A DNA stretch of 64,000 nt from an uncultured Candidatus Saccharibacteria bacterium (GTDB taxonomy: Bacteria; Patescibacteriota; Minisyncoccia; UBA6257), in assembly GCA_964479005.1 (NCBI GenBank), contig CAYZJA010000001.1, positions 80,642-144,641 on the forward strand. Direction: 5' to 3'. How positions within the stretch are numbered: position 1 is the stretch's first letter; the number at the start of each line of letters is the position of its first letter. The notes under the pieces were generated by a model. That model saw only the letters and a list, made by a program, of their open reading frames with translations, was not told the origin of the DNA and ran no database searches. The translations under genes and the position numbers were made by a program. This document shows positions 46,091 through 53,969 of this stretch, one piece after another.

Positions 46091-46483
46091 ATGAAAAAAT
46101 TATTATTGATTATAATTAGTTTAGCTCTTATTCTTCTCTTTTCATCAAGGATTAGGGAGGATTTGCAGACATATCGATTATTAACTGATGAAGTAAAAAG
46201 CCTAGAGCAAACAAAAGGCAATATTGAAAAAGAGAGGGAAAAGACTGAGCAACTTTTGGAAAAGGAAAAGCAAGAAGAGACACTTGAGCAGGCAGCGCGT
46301 TTAATGTTAGGACTTAAAAAAAGCGGGGAAGAAGTTATAATGATTTTACCTCCTAAAAATTCTTCTGATTCCGAACTTCAAATTAGTACTTCTTCTGATG
46401 TTTTACCTGAAAAATCTTTTAATTCCTTTTTTTCCAAAATTTCTCAAATTTGGTATAATTTAATAAGAAAATTAAAAAAATAG
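46091..46483 (+). CDS. septum formation initiator (FtsB/DivIC)-like protein
   Basis: N-terminal TM segment, coiled coil, then EQAARLMLGLKKSGEEVI resembling the family's are.LGl.kpgE.v motif. Confidence 0.55.
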   Translation: MKKLLLIIISLALILLFSSRIREDLQTYRLLTDEVKSLEQTKGNIEKEREKTEQLLEKEKQEETLEQAARLMLGLKKSGEEVIMILPPKNSSDSELQISTSSDVLPEKSFNSFFSKISQIWYNLIRKLKK

Positions 46484-46526
46484 ACGTTGCGGGCATCGTA
46501 TAGTGGCAGTACGTAACCTTCCCAAG

Positions 46527-46546
46527 CCCCCACACCAAACGAGTAT
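46527..46546 (+). repeat. left arm of the 20-bp inverted repeat inside the split tRNA
   Basis: cccccacaccaaacgagtat. Its partner is at 46638-46658. Confidence 0.9.
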
Positions 46547-46550
46547 CATT

Positions 46551-46621
46551 GCGAGATTAGTATAGTGGTAGTACATCACCTTCCCAAGGTGAAGGTGCCG
46601 GTCCGATTCCGGTATCTCGCT
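46551..46621 (+). tRNA. tRNA-Gly(CCC), nested within the insert
   Basis: gcgagat ta gtat agtggta gtac a tcacc ttcccaa ggtga aggt gccgg tccgatt ccggt atctcgc t. Complete cloverleaf, but the T-loop has C at position 55. Confidence 0.75.
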
Positions 46622-46637
46622 CCGTTTAAAATTTAAA

Positions 46638-46658
46638 ATACTCGTTGTGGTGTGGGGG
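46638..46658 (+). repeat. right arm of the inverted repeat
   Basis: atactcgttgtggtgtggggg is the reverse complement of the left arm with one extra g. Confidence 0.9.
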
Positions 46659-46778
46659 CAAGGTTAAAGTGTGGGTTCGATTCCCATTGTCCGCTCAAAT
46701 TATTTTTTCGTTACTATCCAAAAAGATTGACGAAGTTTCAAGTGCAATATGGTTTTGTATAATCTTTTTACATTGCTC

Positions 46779-46807
46779 TTGACAAATAGTTTTACATCGC
46801 ATATACT
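46779..46807 (+). promoter_or_regulatory. promoter TTGACA-17-TATACT for the island genes
   Basis: ttgaca aatagttttacatcgca tatact. Confidence 0.55.
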
Positions 46808-46848
46808 GGAGTTAGGTCGTAATAATTAACTATTTCATCACCAAAGCT

Positions 46849-47136
46849 ATGGCTACAAAAAAATTTAGTCCAACAAGAACAATAACGCAAAAAAACCTCG
46901 AAAATGTACCTGGCGACAAGCCAGGTGTCTATCGCATCAAAAACGCGTCAAATGATATTCTTTACATAGGTAAAGCAAAAGGAGGTAGATTAGATGACAG
47001 AATCGCTGAACATAAAGGACAATTCCAAGGTGGAACGAAATTCCAGTATAGATTAACTCACAGCAAAGATGCCGCCGAGCGATTAGAGCGTAAAGAAATT
47101 CGTGAATGGAAACCGCCTAGAAATAAAGATAAATAA
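46849..47136 (+). CDS. stand-alone GIY-YIG nuclease-domain protein
   Basis: PGVYRIKN..NDILYIGKA ... RIAEH ... ERKEIREWKPPRN (GIY / YIG / R / E order). Confidence 0.6.
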   Translation: MATKKFSPTRTITQKNLENVPGDKPGVYRIKNASNDILYIGKAKGGRLDDRIAEHKGQFQGGTKFQYRLTHSKDAAERLERKEIREWKPPRNKDK

Positions 47137-47139
47137 TTT

Positions 47140-47625
47140 ATGCCCTCTTCGTTAAAAACATACGCGAGCATAGAAGACATCAATAGAATTTATATGAGGG
47201 CTAATGCGCATAGTCTTACCGAAAGAATTAATAAGGATAGTGGTCTTGAACAAGATGTTTTATACATAGAAGCCTTTTTATTGCAAGCAACGTTATTGGA
47301 AGGCGTTCTTGTTAATCTTGGTCTAAGATTATTAGAAAGCAAAAAAGAATTAACTGGGCTTAAAGGTAAAAGATACGTTAAATATGGTTATGATAATGCG
47401 ATCAATGATTTATATTTAATGAATGCGATAAAAACAAAAGAGTTTAATTTATTAGAGAAATATAAATCAAAAAGAAATAAGTATATTCATAATCTATTGT
47501 CAAAAAATACGGAGTGTATAGAAAATGAGGTTTTGGATATTCATAATCAGTATAAAGATTTTGTTTGGAAAATGATAAAAAAATTGGGGAGATTAGAGAA
47601 AAAAAGATTAAGTAAAAAAAAATAA
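47140..47625 (+). CDS. hypothetical protein with HEPN-like Rx4H motif
   Basis: Predicted all-helical. KSKRNKYIHNL (R-x4-H) in the C-terminal third. Confidence 0.4.
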   Translation: MPSSLKTYASIEDINRIYMRANAHSLTERINKDSGLEQDVLYIEAFLLQATLLEGVLVNLGLRLLESKKELTGLKGKRYVKYGYDNAINDLYLMNAIKTKEFNLLEKYKSKRNKYIHNLLSKNTECIENEVLDIHNQYKDFVWKMIKKLGRLEKKRLSKKK

Positions 47626-47629
47626 AACT

Positions 47630-48406
47630 GTGCTTACAAAATTTATTCAAAAATTGCGAAAAAAGAATAATATGACGCAGGAATTTTTGGCGTCCGAGTT
47701 GAATATCTCTCGTCCTACTTATGTTCAAATAGAACAAGGCGAACGGGATTTAACTATCACCGAAGCGGAAAAACTAGCTTCTATTTTTGGAATTTCTTTT
47801 GAAGATTTTAGACATGGAAAAGATTCTTCAATTACCGCAAAAATTGAAAAGAATAAAATCAAACCAAAAATAGGAAAACAAGAGATAAGAATTAACGTCC
47901 CGCAAAAAAATCTTAAAAAATTTAAGGAAGTTTTACTTTATGTTTTGTCAAAAGTCGGCGGTAAATCAAATGTCGGCGAAGCGGTATTATATAAACTGCT
48001 TTATTTTATTGATTTTGATTTTTACGAAAAATTTGAGGAACAATTGATTGGCGCGACATATATTAAAAATCATTATGGGCCAACTCCTGTTGAGTTTAAA
48101 GCTATTATTGGCAATATGATTCAAAACGATGAAGTCGTAAAAGTTGAGGGAAAATATTTTAATTATCCACAAAGAAAATATCTGCCAGTTAGACGGCCAG
48201 ATCTTAATGTTTTATCTGGACGAGAGATAGAACATATTGATGATGTTTTGGCGCGTCTTGCTGATAAAAATGCTAAAGAAATGGAAAATTACTCCCATGA
48301 AGATATTCCGTGGAAAACGGCGGAAAATGGCAAACCACTTTCCTACGAAAGTGTTTTTTATCGTGACGAACGTTATTCTGTAAGAAATTATGAAGACGAA
48401 CTTTAA
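47630..48406 (+). CDS. XRE-family HTH fused to Panacea (DUF4065, SocA-like) antitoxin domain
   Basis: LRKKNNMTQEFLASELNISRPTYVQIEQGERDLTITEAEKLASIFG (HTH_XRE). LLYVLSKVGG...VLYKLLYFIDFDFYEKFEEQLIGATYIKNHYGPTP (DUF4065). Confidence 0.75.
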   Translation: MLTKFIQKLRKKNNMTQEFLASELNISRPTYVQIEQGERDLTITEAEKLASIFGISFEDFRHGKDSSITAKIEKNKIKPKIGKQEIRINVPQKNLKKFKEVLLYVLSKVGGKSNVGEAVLYKLLYFIDFDFYEKFEEQLIGATYIKNHYGPTPVEFKAIIGNMIQNDEVVKVEGKYFNYPQRKYLPVRRPDLNVLSGREIEHIDDVLARLADKNAKEMENYSHEDIPWKTAENGKPLSYESVFYRDERYSVRNYEDEL

Positions 48407-48725
48407 TGAACTATCTGAATTTTCTAAGGAATTTAAGCGGTTTTCAAAAAAATATAAATCGTTATATGATGACTTAGAAGAGTTTAAGCGCATCGTTGAT
48501 GTTGTACCATTAGGAAATAGCAAGCATTTTAATATTATTACACAAAACGAGCAATGCACCGTTATTAAGGCTCGTTTCTTTTGTCGTTATTTAAAACACT
48601 CTTCTTTAAGGATTATCTACGCTTTTTACAGCCAAAATTGTAAAATTGAGTTTATTGAGATATATTTTAAAGGCGAAAAAAATAATGAGGATCGCGAGAG
48701 AATCAAAGATTACTTGAAAGATTAA
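48390..48725 (+). CDS. RelE/ParE-superfamily (HigB/Gp49-like) toxin candidate
   Basis: FSKEFKRFSKKYK ... SLRIIYAFYSQNCKIEFIEIYFKGEKNNED pattern. Overlaps the antitoxin gene by 17 nt. Confidence 0.5.
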   Translation: MKTNFNELSEFSKEFKRFSKKYKSLYDDLEEFKRIVDVVPLGNSKHFNIITQNEQCTVIKARFFCRYLKHSSLRIIYAFYSQNCKIEFIEIYFKGEKNNEDRERIKDYLKD

Positions 48726-48758
48726 AAATAGATTTTGTTATTCTCTCACAGAAAATTT

Positions 48759-49202
48759 ATGGATAAAAGAATAATCAGGGAAAAATTGGATTTAATCAGA
48801 GGAGAAGTTATCTCATCCGCCACAAGAGTTGAGTTCGTTCTCGGCTATCGCTTAAGAAGGTATTTTTTTCCTAAAAGTAATAATAAAGCAACAATTCTTT
48901 TTTGGAATGTTATGAATACTCCTTACCTTACTTTTGATAATAAAATTAGTATTTATGAATCAATACCTTATTTTAAAAAATTGAAAGGTTATCCTACTAT
49001 TAAAAAATCTTTGAGATTTGTTCAGAGGTTGAGAAATACAATGGCTCATTGGGATTTAGATGAAAAGAAAAGCGATCTTAAAAATATTTTTATGTTCACA
49101 TTAGTTGGGAAATATAGAAAAATAACAATTAACGATAACTTGATTGAAAATTATAGAAAACAGATTACTTTTCTTCTAAAAAAATTTGGTTATAGTAGAT
49201 GA
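48759..49202 (+). CDS. HEPN-domain (Abi-like) protein candidate
   Basis: FVQRLRNTMAHWD, the RNxxAH form of the HEPN Rx4-6H motif. Confidence 0.45.
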   Translation: MDKRIIREKLDLIRGEVISSATRVEFVLGYRLRRYFFPKSNNKATILFWNVMNTPYLTFDNKISIYESIPYFKKLKGYPTIKKSLRFVQRLRNTMAHWDLDEKKSDLKNIFMFTLVGKYRKITINDNLIENYRKQITFLLKKFGYSR

Positions 49203-49276
49203 AGCTTGACGAGGGATTATCTATTTAGATGAAATCTTTTTTGTTTTCTCACTCTTATCTTAAAAAGATAATATAC

Positions 49277-50359
49277 TCAAATTATTCTTCCGCCGCCTAA
49301 GCATTTATCCTTTTGATAAAATACAGCAAATTGACCTGGGCAGGGAGCAAAGACGCCTTTTTTAAAGATAATCTTTAATTTTCTTTTTTCTGGAATTAAA
49401 CAAGCTTGCGATAGTTTTTGTTGATAGCGGGTTTTAACTTGCGCATGAATAGATTTTATCATTCTTTTTCCTGAAATCAAATGATATGGAAAAACAAACA
49501 GCTCTTTTTTATAAAGAGTTTTCTTATTTTTAGTAACAAAAAGTGTGTTTTTATTCTTATCCCAGCCTGCTACAAAATATGGACCCCCAGATAATTTTAT
49601 ACCTTTTCGTTGGCCTAAAGTAAAAAAATGTAGCCCTTGATGTTTAGTCAGTATATTTCCTTTTAAATCTAAAACTGGTCCTTGTTTTTCACCAACCTTT
49701 TCTTTAAGAAAGGGACAAACTGATTGGCCAGCAACAAAGCAGAAATCTTGGCTTTGTTTTTTCTTAATAAAAAATTTGAAACCTTGCTTTTTAGCAATTT
49801 TATATATGTCTTTTTTTATATAATTTGCTAATGGAAAAATAATATGAGCAAGATATTTTTGTGGTAATAAGCATAAATTATATGATTGGTCTTTATTTTT
49901 ATCTCGCGCTTTTAAAAGCTCATATTTTTTGGTTCTATTGTTTAATCTGAGTCGCGCATAGTGGCCAGTGGCGATATATTGAATCTTGTGTTTTCTTGCC
50001 CATTGCAATAACTGTTTAAATTTAAAATTAGGGTTACAAATAACGCAGGGGTTTGGAGTTCTTAGATTTTTCCATTCGGAAATAAAATAATCAACAACTT
50101 CTTTTTGAAAATCTTTTCTGGCATCTATAATATAGTAGGGGACATCTAGTTTTTTGCAAATGTTCTTGGCGATTTTCAAAGACTCCTTAGTGCAAAAAGG
50201 GTTTTCTTTAAAAGGATTTAATTTGTTTTGCCAGATAGGTAGTTTTAAAGAAACGCCAATTGGGTTCCACCCTTGCTTTTTTAATAATATTAAAGCCATG
50301 GAAGAATCTATTCCACCTGACATTCCAACAACAATTTTTTTACCCTTACCTAATTCCAT
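49277..50359 (-). CDS. mnmA: tRNA 2-thiouridine(34) synthase
   Basis: VVGMSGGIDSS (PP-loop), NPCVICN, ATGHYAR. Confidence 0.93.
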   Translation of the reverse strand: MELGKGKKIVVGMSGGIDSSMALILLKKQGWNPIGVSLKLPIWQNKLNPFKENPFCTKESLKIAKNICKKLDVPYYIIDARKDFQKEVVDYFISEWKNLRTPNPCVICNPNFKFKQLLQWARKHKIQYIATGHYARLRLNNRTKKYELLKARDKNKDQSYNLCLLPQKYLAHIIFPLANYIKKDIYKIAKKQGFKFFIKKKQSQDFCFVAGQSVCPFLKEKVGEKQGPVLDLKGNILTKHQGLHFFTLGQRKGIKLSGGPYFVAGWDKNKNTLFVTKNKKTLYKKELFVFPYHLISGKRMIKSIHAQVKTRYQQKLSQACLIPEKRKLKIIFKKGVFAPCPGQFAVFYQKDKCLGGGRII

Positions 50360-50829
50360 TCCTTATACTTTTCTTCAATTATCTTTTTTTCTTTTTCTAC
50401 TCTTTTATGATGTTTTTCCAATTCTTCTGATATTTCAATTTTGTTTTTTAAAAAATAATTATAAATCGCCTCTTTTAGGGAATCGGCAGCTAAAATCGAA
50501 CAATGGAGCTTAAAAGGTGGCAAAGGTTTACCCAATTTGTTTATTAAGTCTTCTTTTGCTATCTTTAATACTTTTTCAATTTTCTTGCCCTTTACTAAGG
50601 TAGTAAGTAAACTGGTATTGGCGATAGCAACAACGCAACCTAAGGTTTCGAATTTTATATCTTTGATAATCTTTCCGCCTTTTTTATTTTCTCCGATTTT
50701 CAAATAAATATTCATTATATCACCACAAAGAAAATTACCAGCACTACCTGCGCCGTCGGGATTTTTAATTTTACCCACATTCCTCGGTTTTTTAAAATGT
50801 TTAATTATTTCTTTTGAATAAATTGCCAT
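50350..50829 (-). CDS. iscU: Fe-S cluster assembly scaffold (IscU/NifU N-terminal type)
   Basis: HFKKPRNVGKI, CGDIMNIYLKI, FETLGCVVAIANTS. Confidence 0.88.
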   Translation of the reverse strand: MAIYSKEIIKHFKKPRNVGKIKNPDGAGSAGNFLCGDIMNIYLKIGENKKGGKIIKDIKFETLGCVVAIANTSLLTTLVKGKKIEKVLKIAKEDLINKLGKPLPPFKLHCSILAADSLKEAIYNYFLKNKIEISEELEKHHKRVEKEKKIIEEKYKEWN

Positions 50830-50833
50830 GAAT

Positions 50834-52000
50834 TTATTTTTTAAATGGAGATATTTTTCTTAATTTTTTTATGGCTTTTGACAGTATTTTAAGCAGATAA
50901 TTAATATCTTGTTCTGTAGTCCATCTTCCTATTGTTAATCTCAAAGAACTATGTGCTTGTTCTGGTCGTAATCCGCATGCCAAAAGAATATGGCTAGGTT
51001 CTAATTTTTCAGAAGAACAGGCAGAACCAGTAGAAGCGGCAATTCCATAGGAGTTTAAATTCATTACAATAGATTCACCTTCAACATAAGAAAACCAAAA
51101 ATTAGCATTATTAGGCAATCGTTTTTTGCCATGGCCATTAAGATGAGAATCTGGTATTTTCTTCAAAACTTCATTAATTAGCTTATCTCTTAACTTGATT
51201 TGTCTTTTTGATTCTTTTTTCATTTCTTTTTCACAGATTTCTATTGCTTTTCCAAACCCTACAATTGCCGGAACATTAACAGTTGATGCTCTTAATCCAA
51301 ATTCATGGCCTCCGCCGTGAATTAATGGTTCTATTTTTGTTCCTTTTTTAACATATAACAAAGCCGCGCCTTTTGGCCCATAGATTTTATGTGAAGAAGC
51401 AGTTAATAAATTAACTTTCATTTTCTGTACATCAAGAGGCATTTTTCCAAAACTTTGGACTGCGTCAGTATGAAAATATACTTTTTTCTTTTCACAGATT
51501 TTTCCTATTTTTTCAATTGGTTCAATAGTTCCTATCTCATTGCTCCCATGAATAATTGATACTAATATTGTATCTTTTCTTATGGCTTTTTCTATTTCTT
51601 TTGGATCGATCATGCCATATTTATTGACTTTTATTTTTGTAAGCTCAAAACCTTGTTTTTCTAACCATTCAGCGCTGTTTAAAACGCAGCTATGTTCAAT
51701 AGAGGAAATAATAATGTGTTTGCCCTTGTTTTGGTTAGCAAAAGCTATTCCCTTAATAGCAAGATTATTACTTTCTGTTGCTGAGCTTGTAAAGATTATT
51801 TCATTTTTATTTTTCGCATTAAGGACTTTTGACATTATTGAGCGGCTTTTTTCCAGAGCTTTTTTTGCTTCTTCACCAAAACTATGCAAAGAAACAGAAT
51901 TCCCAAATTTTTCTGTAAAATAAGGAAGCATCGCCTTTAATACGCGAGAATCAACAGGAGTAGTAGCAGCATAATCCAAATATGTTTTTGTAATTTTCAT
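50834..52000 (-). CDS. iscS: cysteine desulfurase (NifS/IscS)
   Basis: YLDYAATTP, SSHKIYGPKG (PLP-binding Lys), SACSS active-site Cys. Confidence 0.93.
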   Translation of the reverse strand: MKITKTYLDYAATTPVDSRVLKAMLPYFTEKFGNSVSLHSFGEEAKKALEKSRSIMSKVLNAKNKNEIIFTSSATESNNLAIKGIAFANQNKGKHIIISSIEHSCVLNSAEWLEKQGFELTKIKVNKYGMIDPKEIEKAIRKDTILVSIIHGSNEIGTIEPIEKIGKICEKKKVYFHTDAVQSFGKMPLDVQKMKVNLLTASSHKIYGPKGAALLYVKKGTKIEPLIHGGGHEFGLRASTVNVPAIVGFGKAIEICEKEMKKESKRQIKLRDKLINEVLKKIPDSHLNGHGKKRLPNNANFWFSYVEGESIVMNLNSYGIAASTGSACSSEKLEPSHILLACGLRPEQAHSSLRLTIGRWTTEQDINYLLKILSKAIKKLRKISPFKK

Positions 52001-52072
52001 AATTCAATCAATTTTAGCACAAAGAAAATGAGTTTACAATTCTTATAATTTCTGTTAATTTATATAAAGAAC

Positions 52073-52144
52073 GCCGGGGTAACTCAGTGGTAGAGTAGCT
52101 GTTTCGTAAACAGCAAGTCGCGAGTTCGAATCTCGCCTCCGGCT
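52073..52144 (+). tRNA. tRNA-Thr(CGU)
   Basis: gccgggg ta actc agtggta gagt a gctgt ttcgtaa acagc aagtc gcgag ttcgaat ctcgc ctccggc t. Confidence 0.9.
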
Positions 52145-52160
52145 CAGTAATTTTTATTCC

Positions 52161-52188
52161 TTGACTTGATTTTACTTTGCTCTATAAT
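52161..52188 (+). promoter_or_regulatory. promoter TTGACT-16-TATAAT
   Basis: ttgact tgattttactttgctc tataat. Confidence 0.55.
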
Positions 52189-52229
52189 TATGCATTAGGG
52201 TAATGGCAGGAAAAAAGGAGGTGTTTGTT

Positions 52230-52571
52230 ATGAGAATTAAAAGAACAATCTCTGGACCAAAAAGAAACACCCCCTCTACTTATGGACAGGAACTTTCTAT
52301 GGCCAAAAACGTTGTGGAAAGTACATTAAGTAGTAAAAATAAGCAACTGATAGAATATATTTTATCAGTTGCTAAATTGAAAATTAGAGGCGATAATTTT
52401 TTCGCTACTAAGATAAAAAAACTTTCAGATAGGGTAATGATAAACGGGGGTGTTTTAATGAAAAAAACCAGGAGAATCAATCTTTACATTTACAACATGG
52501 ATTTAAGGTCAACGCAAGAATTGATTGATAAAGCCCGAAGTATTTTAGAGGTAAATAAAAATGCAGCTTAA
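52230..52571 (+). CDS. hypothetical protein
   Basis: ATG 52230 lies 8 nt after a strong SD (aaggaggtg). No recognisable motif. Confidence 0.5.
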   Translation: MRIKRTISGPKRNTPSTYGQELSMAKNVVESTLSSKNKQLIEYILSVAKLKIRGDNFFATKIKKLSDRVMINGGVLMKKTRRINLYIYNMDLRSTQELIDKARSILEVNKNAA

Positions 52572-52626
52572 TAAATTAACAAACAAAGTAAAACAATACA
52601 TCCTGCCATTGCCTTACCCTACTTAC

Positions 52627-52654
52627 TTGACAAAAAAATTAGATTCTATATACT
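52627..52654 (+). promoter_or_regulatory. promoter TTGACA-16-TATACT for rplJL
   Basis: ttgaca aaaaaattagattcta tatact. Confidence 0.6.
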
Positions 52655-52659
52655 TAAGT

Positions 52660-52769
52660 AAAGTTTCCCAAGACATCAGGCAGCGATTAAGCATAAGGCC
52701 TGGTAAGGAATAAATTTAATGTTTTTATATTCTATCTGTGGGAAACCACAGATTTTTAATTATTTTTTT
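52660..52769 (+). promoter_or_regulatory. candidate L10 (rplJ) autoregulatory leader with terminator hairpin
   Basis: Hairpin caggc-agcgattaagcataa-gcctg, then ctgtgg-gaaa-ccacag + attttt at 52736-52757 just before the rplJ ATG. Position matches known L10 leaders. Confidence 0.5.
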
Positions 52770-53288
52770 ATGATTTCTAAAGAAAAAAAGGAACAAATTA
52801 TTAAAGAATTATCAGAACAGATAAAAAAAGCCAAGGCAATTTATTTTGCCAAATTTTTAGGACTAAAAGTTTCTGAAATGAATGAATTACGCCAAGAATT
52901 GAAAAAAGATAATGCTAAAGCGAGAGTAGTAAAAAAGAACCTGGCTAAAATTGTTTTTTCTCAGAAAGGTTATAAAGACGAGATTTCTAATGATGAAGCA
53001 AATTCTTTTATGGTTAATTTTGCTTTTGATGATCCGATTAGCACAGCTAAAGTACTTTGGAATTTTTCCAAAAAGAATGATAAATTTCAAATTTTGGGAG
53101 GAGTAACAGACGGAGTGTTCTTAGACGCAGAAAAAGTAATAAGATTAGCAAAGATACCATCAAAAGATATACTTTTAGGTCGATTAGTTGGTTCAATAGC
53201 TTCTCCAATACAACGATTATTATATGTCTTAAATGGAAATATTCAGAAATTAGTTGTGGTATTGGAAGGCATAAAAGCAACAAAATAA
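52770..53288 (+). CDS. rplJ: 50S ribosomal protein L10
   Basis: MISKEKKEQIIKELSEQIKKAKAIYFAKFLGLKVSEMNELR. Internal ATG 52770 lies after the leader terminator. Confidence 0.93.
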   Translation: MISKEKKEQIIKELSEQIKKAKAIYFAKFLGLKVSEMNELRQELKKDNAKARVVKKNLAKIVFSQKGYKDEISNDEANSFMVNFAFDDPISTAKVLWNFSKKNDKFQILGGVTDGVFLDAEKVIRLAKIPSKDILLGRLVGSIASPIQRLLYVLNGNIQKLVVVLEGIKATK

Positions 53289-53318
53289 TTCATTTAATAA
53301 TTTAGTAATATAATTATC

Positions 53319-53753
53319 ATGGCAGAAAAAAAAGAAGAAAAAAAAGAGGAAAAGAAAGAAAAAAAAGTTTCTGAAAAATTACAGGAAATAATGAAAAAAG
53401 TTGAGGAATTGACCGTTATAGAATTGGCAGATTTAGTTAAGGCATTAGAAGATAAATTCGGTGTTTCTGCTGCTCCTCAAGCAGTAGCCTCAGCTGGCGC
53501 AGCTGGCGTTGGCGAAGGTGAAGAGAGAGCTGAAGAAAAAAAAGAAACAGTTTCTGTAATTCTTAAAGATGCTGGTCAGGCAAAAGTGCAAATAATCAAG
53601 GAAATAAAGGAAATTATGGGTTTGGGGCTGAAAGAAGCAAAAGATTTAGTAGATGCTGCTCCAAAAGCGTTAAAAGAGAATATTTCTGTGTCTGAAGCAG
53701 AAGAAATTAAGAAAAAATTAGAAGAAGCTGGCGCTACAGTAGAGATAAAATAA
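53319..53753 (+). CDS. rplL: 50S ribosomal protein L7/L12
   Basis: [18 protein letters not shown] ... [20 protein letters not shown] ... EAGATVEIK. Confidence 0.96.
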   Translation: MAEKKEEKKEEKKEKKVSEKLQEIMKKVEELTVIELADLVKALEDKFGVSAAPQAVASAGAAGVGEGEERAEEKKETVSVILKDAGQAKVQIIKEIKEIMGLGLKEAKDLVDAAPKALKENISVSEAEEIKKKLEEAGATVEIK

Positions 53754-53777
53754 TACGAAAGTGTAAAAGCGAAAAGT

Positions 53778-53851
53778 GCGCGTGTAGCTCAGTTGGTTAG
53801 AGCGTACGATTCACATTCGTAAGGTCTCTGGTTCGAATCCAGACACGCGCA
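53778..53851 (+). tRNA. tRNA-Val(CAC)
   Basis: gcgcgtg ta gctc agttggtta gagc g tacga ttcacat tcgta aggtc tctgg ttcgaat ccaga cacgcgc a. Confidence 0.9.
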
Positions 53852-53868
53852 CTGGTAATTTCAAGTTC

Positions 53869-53896
53869 TTGACTAATAGTTAAAGGTTGTTATACT
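53869..53896 (+). promoter_or_regulatory. promoter TTGACT-16-TATACT
   Basis: ttgact aatagttaaaggttgt tatact. Confidence 0.55.
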
Positions 53897-53969
53897 TTAA
53901 ATGTAGAAGAAAATTAAATAAAAAAGGTCGATAAAACTTTAAAATAATTATAATTGGAATTTTAAAAAT

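Larger units (their letters stand above)
46489..46695 (+). tRNA. tRNA-Gly(CCC) gene interrupted in the anticodon loop by a 136-nt insert
   Basis: 46489-46526 plus 46663-46695 join into a 71-nt cloverleaf: acceptor gcgggca/tgtccgc, D arm gtat-agtggca-gtac, anticodon arm taacc-ttcccaa-ggtta, T arm gtggg-ttcgatt-cccat. Confidence 0.65.

Noticed and set aside
46527-46662. Group I intron or archaeal bulge-helix-bulge intron in the tRNA-Gly anticodon loop
   Set aside because: At 136 nt it is far too short for a group I ribozyme core and contains a full tRNA instead. Pairing around the junctions does not give a 3-nt bulge / 4-bp helix / 3-nt bulge. The best register is a continuous 20-bp helix.
46696-49276. 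Integrase/transposase that could explain the island or the tRNA insert
   Set aside because: None of the five island ORFs shows tyrosine- or serine-recombinase or DDE motifs, and no such gene is seen anywhere in the window. Mobility therefore remains an inference from repeats only.
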